Below, one piece after another: positions 28,397 through 32,000 of a stretch of DNA of 32,000 nt (positions within the stretch are counted from its first letter, which is position 1; the number at the start of each line of letters is the position of its first letter). Source of the stretch: Nonlabens ponticola (lineage in GTDB: Bacteria > Bacteroidota > Bacteroidia > Flavobacteriales > Flavobacteriaceae). Position numbers and translations under genes: made by a program. The stretch is taken from contig NZ_CP034549.1 in the NCBI RefSeq assembly GCF_003966335.1, positions 2,160,001-2,192,000 of the forward strand. Direction: 5' to 3'. A model generated the notes under the pieces. That model saw nothing but the letters and a program-made list of their open reading frames with translations, was not told the DNA's origin and did not search any database.

Positions 28397-28509
28397 ATCA
28401 TTATAATAATTCAATATTCAGATTTCTAAACTTAATCAATCTAAAATTTATGAATTCTAAGTTCTGTATTCACACGTCATAAGTCATAACTACTAATTTA
28501 TAACTTGCT

Positions 28510-31362
28510 CTACTTGCTCAAATACATCCTACGTCTCGCATATAAGTCATAGAAGTCATCATCTTTCAAATCGTCGATGAATAGGATGCTCTCACCAGTG
28601 GATTTCATCTCTGGACCTAGACGTTTATCAACGTTAGGGAACTTATTGAATGAAAATACTGGTTGCTTAATCGCATAACCTTTAAGTTCTGGTTTGAAGT
28701 CAAAGTCAGTCACCATATTTTCTCCTAGCATCACCTTAGTTGCATAATTTACATACGGCTCGCCATAAGCTTTAGCAATAAAAGGAACCGTTCTCGAGGC
28801 TCGCGGATTTGCCTCAATGATATAAACCACATTGTCCTTGATGGCAAACTGGATGTTGATCAAACCAACAGTCTTCAACGATAACGCTATTTTCTTAGTA
28901 TGATCCTTAATTTGTTGCATTACTAGATCACCTAGTGTAAATGGTGGTAGCAGCGCATTTGAATCACCTGAATGCACACCACAAGGCTCGATGTGTTCCA
29001 TAATCCCTATGATATAGACATTTTCACCATCACAAATGGCATCAGCTTCTGCTTCTATCGCGCCATCTAGATAATGATCGAGCAGCAATACATTATTTGG
29101 AATCTTACGCAAGATGTCCACTACATGCTCTTCCAGTTCCTGCTTGTTGATAACGATCTTCATTCCTTGACCACCTAATACATAACTAGGTCTTACCAAA
29201 ATTGGGAAGTCCAGTTTGTCCGCCACTTTTAAGGCTTCATCTGGCGTGGTTGCCGTATCAAACGGTGGATATGGTATATCAATTTCTTTCAACAATTTAG
29301 AGAACCTACCGCGATCCTCGGCAAGATCTAGTGCGTTGTAGCTTGTACCTATGATTTTGATTCCGTATCGATCTAGCTTTTCAGCAAGCTTTAAAGCCGT
29401 TTGACCACCTAACTGTACGATTACGCCTTCTGGCTTCTCGTGGCGTATGATGTCATAAATGTGCTCCCAGAAAACGGGTTCAAAATAGAGCTTATCTGCG
29501 GTGTCAAAGTCGGTTGAAACTGTCTCTGGATTACAATTGATCATAATGGCCTCATAACCACATTCCTGCGCGGCATAAACACCATGAACACAACAGTAGT
29601 CAAATTCAATTCCTTGACCTATACGATTAGGTCCAGAACCTAGAACAATCACCTTTTTCTTGTCGCTCACGATACTCTCGTTGTGCGTGTAGCGAGTGCT
29701 GTCAGGTTTCTGTACATCTGCTTCAAATGTACTGTAGTAGTATGGCGTGTCGGCAGCAAATTCGGCAGCACAGGTATCCACTAGTTTGTACACTCGGTTG
29801 ATGTTCATCTCATCTCGTTTGTTGTAAACCTCTGATTCCAGACATCCCAACATATGCGCGATTTGACGGTCTGCAAATCCCTTTTGCTTTGCCTCTAGAA
29901 GAAGCTTTCGCGAAAGCGTGCTCACATCAAACTTACCTATCTCCTTTTCTAGCTCGTGTAACTCATTGAATTGATTCAAATACCACATGTCGATTTTGGT
30001 AATCTCATGGATTCTAGATAGCGATATTCCCATCGCAATCGCATCATACAATGCAAACACGCGATCCCAACTAGCGTTTGTCAATTTCTCGATCACCTGA
30101 TTGTAATCAGTGTATCCTTTACCATCAGCGCCCAATCCATTGCGCTTAATCTCTAGCGACTGCGTCGCCTTGTGCAGCGCCTCCTGGAAAGAACGACCTA
30201 TTCCCATGACCTCACCTACAGCCTTCATCTGCAGTCCTAGTGTACGGTCAGAGCCCTCAAACTTATCAAAATTCCATCGTGGAATTTTAACAATCACATA
30301 GTCCAGTGTAGGTTCAAAAAGAGCACTTGTATTTCCTGTAATCTGGTTATTTAGTTCATCAAGTGAGTAACCTAGAGCCAGCTTGGTAGCTACCTTGGCG
30401 ATAGGATAACCAGTCGCCTTACTAGCAAGTGCCGACGATCTAGAAACTCGTGGATTGATCTCTATCGCTATAATGTCTTCATTCTCATCGGGACTCACGG
30501 CAAATTGTACATTACAACCACCTTCAAACTCACCTATGCTGCGCATCATATGGATCGCCATGTCACGCATTTTTTGGAAGGTGCGATCTGACAGTGTCAT
30601 TGCTGGTGCGACCGTGATCGAGTCACCCGTATGGATTCCCATAGGATCCATATTTTCAATGGTACAAATGATGACAACATTATCATTTTTATCACGTAGT
30701 AATTCTAGTTCATATTCTTTCCAACCCAATAGCGCCTTATCGATCATGACCTCATGAATAGGCGATACCTCAAGTCCACGTCTTAATAGTTCGTCATAAT
30801 CCTCTTCCTTATGTACAATCGCCGCACCAGCACCACCTAATGTAAATGATGAGCGTATACACAAGGGAAAACCAAATTCCTGAGCAATTTCTTTACCTTT
30901 CAGGAACGAGTTTGCAGTCGCCTGCGGCGCCATGCCTACGCCTATCTTGCCCATCAATTCTCTAAATTTCTCGCGATCCTCTGTAATATTGATGGCGTCG
31001 ATGTCCACACCTATCAAATCAACATCATGATCTTCCCAGATTCCTTTGTCTTGCGCCTCTATACATAGATTCAATGCCGTTTGACCGCCCATGGTAGGCA
31101 GTACCGCATCAATTTGTGGATGCTCTTTAAGTATTTGACGTAGCGAGTTGGTGTTAAGCGGCAACAAATACACATGATCTGCCATCGATGGATCAGTCAT
31201 GATCGTGGCTGGATTAGAATTGATCAAGATGGTCTCGATGCCTTCCTCACGCAGCGAGCGCAGCGATTGCGATCCGGCATAGTCAAATTCACAGGCCTGG
31301 CCTATGATGATGGGGCCGCTACCTATTAATAAGATGGATTTGATGTCAGTTCTTTTAGGCAT
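28510..31362 (-). CDS. carB: Carbamoyl-phosphate synthase large subunit (short 950-aa form without the C-terminal allosteric domain)
   Basis: Duplicated ATP-grasp halves begin at ILLIGSGPIIIGQACEFDYAGSQ and VIVLGSGPNRIGQGIEFDYCCVH. NPRVSRSSALASKATGYPIA and NPRASRTVPFIAKAYG are present. The protein ends about 30 aa after GPEMKSTGE. Confidence 0.97.
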   Translation of the reverse strand: MPKRTDIKSILLIGSGPIIIGQACEFDYAGSQSLRSLREEGIETILINSNPATIMTDPSMADHVYLLPLNTNSLRQILKEHPQIDAVLPTMGGQTALNLCIEAQDKGIWEDHDVDLIGVDIDAINITEDREKFRELMGKIGVGMAPQATANSFLKGKEIAQEFGFPLCIRSSFTLGGAGAAIVHKEEDYDELLRRGLEVSPIHEVMIDKALLGWKEYELELLRDKNDNVVIICTIENMDPMGIHTGDSITVAPAMTLSDRTFQKMRDMAIHMMRSIGEFEGGCNVQFAVSPDENEDIIAIEINPRVSRSSALASKATGYPIAKVATKLALGYSLDELNNQITGNTSALFEPTLDYVIVKIPRWNFDKFEGSDRTLGLQMKAVGEVMGIGRSFQEALHKATQSLEIKRNGLGADGKGYTDYNQVIEKLTNASWDRVFALYDAIAMGISLSRIHEITKIDMWYLNQFNELHELEKEIGKFDVSTLSRKLLLEAKQKGFADRQIAHMLGCLESEVYNKRDEMNINRVYKLVDTCAAEFAADTPYYYSTFEADVQKPDSTRYTHNESIVSDKKKVIVLGSGPNRIGQGIEFDYCCVHGVYAAQECGYEAIMINCNPETVSTDFDTADKLYFEPVFWEHIYDIIRHEKPEGVIVQLGGQTALKLAEKLDRYGIKIIGTSYNALDLAEDRGRFSKLLKEIDIPYPPFDTATTPDEALKVADKLDFPILVRPSYVLGGQGMKIVINKQELEEHVVDILRKIPNNVLLLDHYLDGAIEAEADAICDGENVYIIGIMEHIEPCGVHSGDSNALLPPFTLGDLVMQQIKDHTKKIALSLKTVGLINIQFAIKDNVVYIIEANPRASRTVPFIAKAYGEPYVNYATKVMLGENMVTDFDFKPELKGYAIKQPVFSFNKFPNVDKRLGPEMKSTGESILFIDDLKDDDFYDLYARRRMYLSK
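29904..29917. repeat. Copy 9 of GCTTTCGCGAAAGC (inside carB, read as LSRKL)
   Basis: Exact match. Confidence 0.95.
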
Positions 31363-31408
31363 GATAAAGTATTTGTAGGTGGTGTTAAATTTCGTGTTTA
31401 CAAGGCAT

Positions 31409-31440
31409 AAAAAAAGGCGTTACTTTAAAAAAGTAACGCC
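31409..31440 (-). terminator. Rho-independent terminator after rpmH
   Basis: On the minus strand: GGCGTTACT-ttttta-AGTAACGCC followed by a T7 run. Confidence 0.75.
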
Positions 31441-31463
31441 AGTTATTTACAGATAATAAACCA

Positions 31464-31628
31464 TTATCGTTTGTGTCTTCTTTCAGTAGATACAGATAGT
31501 TTCTTACGACCCTTTGCTCTACGACGGGCAAGAACCTTACGACCATTTGCAGACGCCATGCGCTCGCGGAAACCGTGCTTGTTTCTTCTCTTTCTCTTAC
31601 TAGGTTGGTATGTTCTCTTTTGTGCCAT
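31464..31628 (-). CDS. rpmH: 50S ribosomal protein L34
   Basis: It is below the ORF-track cutoff, so I translated it by hand: [54 protein letters not shown]. This is 54 aa with the canonical L34 core HGFR.RM....GR.VL..RR.KGR. The 61-aa plus-strand track ORF at 31471-31656 is its antisense shadow. Confidence 0.92.
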   Translation of the reverse strand: MAQKRTYQPSKRKRRNKHGFRERMASANGRKVLARRRAKGRKKLSVSTERRHKR

Positions 31629-31852
31629 CGCTTGTTATATCTATATAAAGGTCTAACCTTAAATTTTAATCGGGTGCAAAAATAGGATACTTATATGTAA
31701 ATACACAACCCAAACATAAATATTTATAGACGCTGGCAATTTTTTTTATGGGCGTGTTCCGGATGCTGGTATGGCTATCGCCTACCAGCCTATCGCTGCA
31801 ATCTGCTATCGCAGGATTTCCGCTCTATCCTTCACGCGGTTGCTGTTACTAG

Positions 31853-32000
31853 TTATTGGTGATTGATTATTTGTGATTGGTTATTGTTTGTTAGTTATAG
31901 GTTGTTGGTTGATGTGGTACGTGATATGTGGTGTGTGGTGTGTGGTATATGGTATGTGGTATGTGGTAGGTGGTAGGTGGTAGGTGGTATGTGGTATGTG
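31853..32000. repeat. 7-bp-periodic G+T tract ending in a clean heptanucleotide tandem repeat GTGGTAK; continues past the window edge
   Basis: From 31914 the units are GTGGTAC GTGATAT GTGGTGT GTGGTGT GTGGTAT ATGGTAT GTGGTAT GTGGTAG x3 GTGGTAT x2 GTG. Positions 31853-31913 hold degenerate TTATTGG/TGATTGG-type heptads. There is a single C (31920) in 148 nt of the plus strand. Confidence 0.9.

Noticed and set aside
31471-31656. A 61-aa plus-strand ORF from the track.
   Set aside because: It is the antisense shadow of rpmH (L34, minus strand, 31464-31628). The Arg/Lys codons of rpmH read as Leu/Phe-rich nonsense on the other strand.
1-32000. I looked for mobile elements, prophage genes, known defence systems and horizontally acquired islands.
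   Set aside because: There is no transposase, integrase, recombinase, terminal inverted repeat pair, tRNA target, toxin-antitoxin pair, restriction-modification gene or cas gene. Gene content is housekeeping throughout, and composition looks uniform by eye. I could not compute GC skew.

Overview
This is a chromosomal, mostly housekeeping window from an AT-rich Bacteroidota genome. The Flavobacteriaceae-like assignment is an inference from gene content: a 950-aa CarB, the L34 sequence, DUF4920, a TonB-dependent receptor and T/A-flanked hairpin terminators. Recognisable genes are an LptD-like fragment, pepD, mnmD-like, ilvE, uvrB, hsp20, panB, a MazG-like/YdbS/YdbT-like operon, rmuC, an acyl-CoA thioesterase, carB and rpmH (below the ORF-track cutoff). 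A cobalamin uptake locus has a riboswitch-controlled BtuB-like receptor divergent from a BtuFCD-like ABC operon. I saw no transposase, integrase, CRISPR array, rRNA or tRNA. Five signals are not explained by ordinary annotation. (1) The exact 14-bp palindrome GCTTTCGCGAAAGC occurs 9 times, in intergenic DNA and inside five CDSs, where it is read in all three frames. (2) Four phased 28-bp tandem units, each carrying TTATTAC-N8-GTAATAA, abut the start codon of a SatD-like gene. (3) That gene heads a tight three-gene operon of poorly characterised function: a cyclase-homology-like domain fused to an HTH, a DUF3307 polytopic membrane protein and a small membrane-anchored protein. (4) A 7-bp-periodic tract with almost no C runs off the right edge of the window. 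(5) A 450-bp non-coding stretch holds decayed hairpin elements. All family names come from motif recognition by eye. No database search was run.
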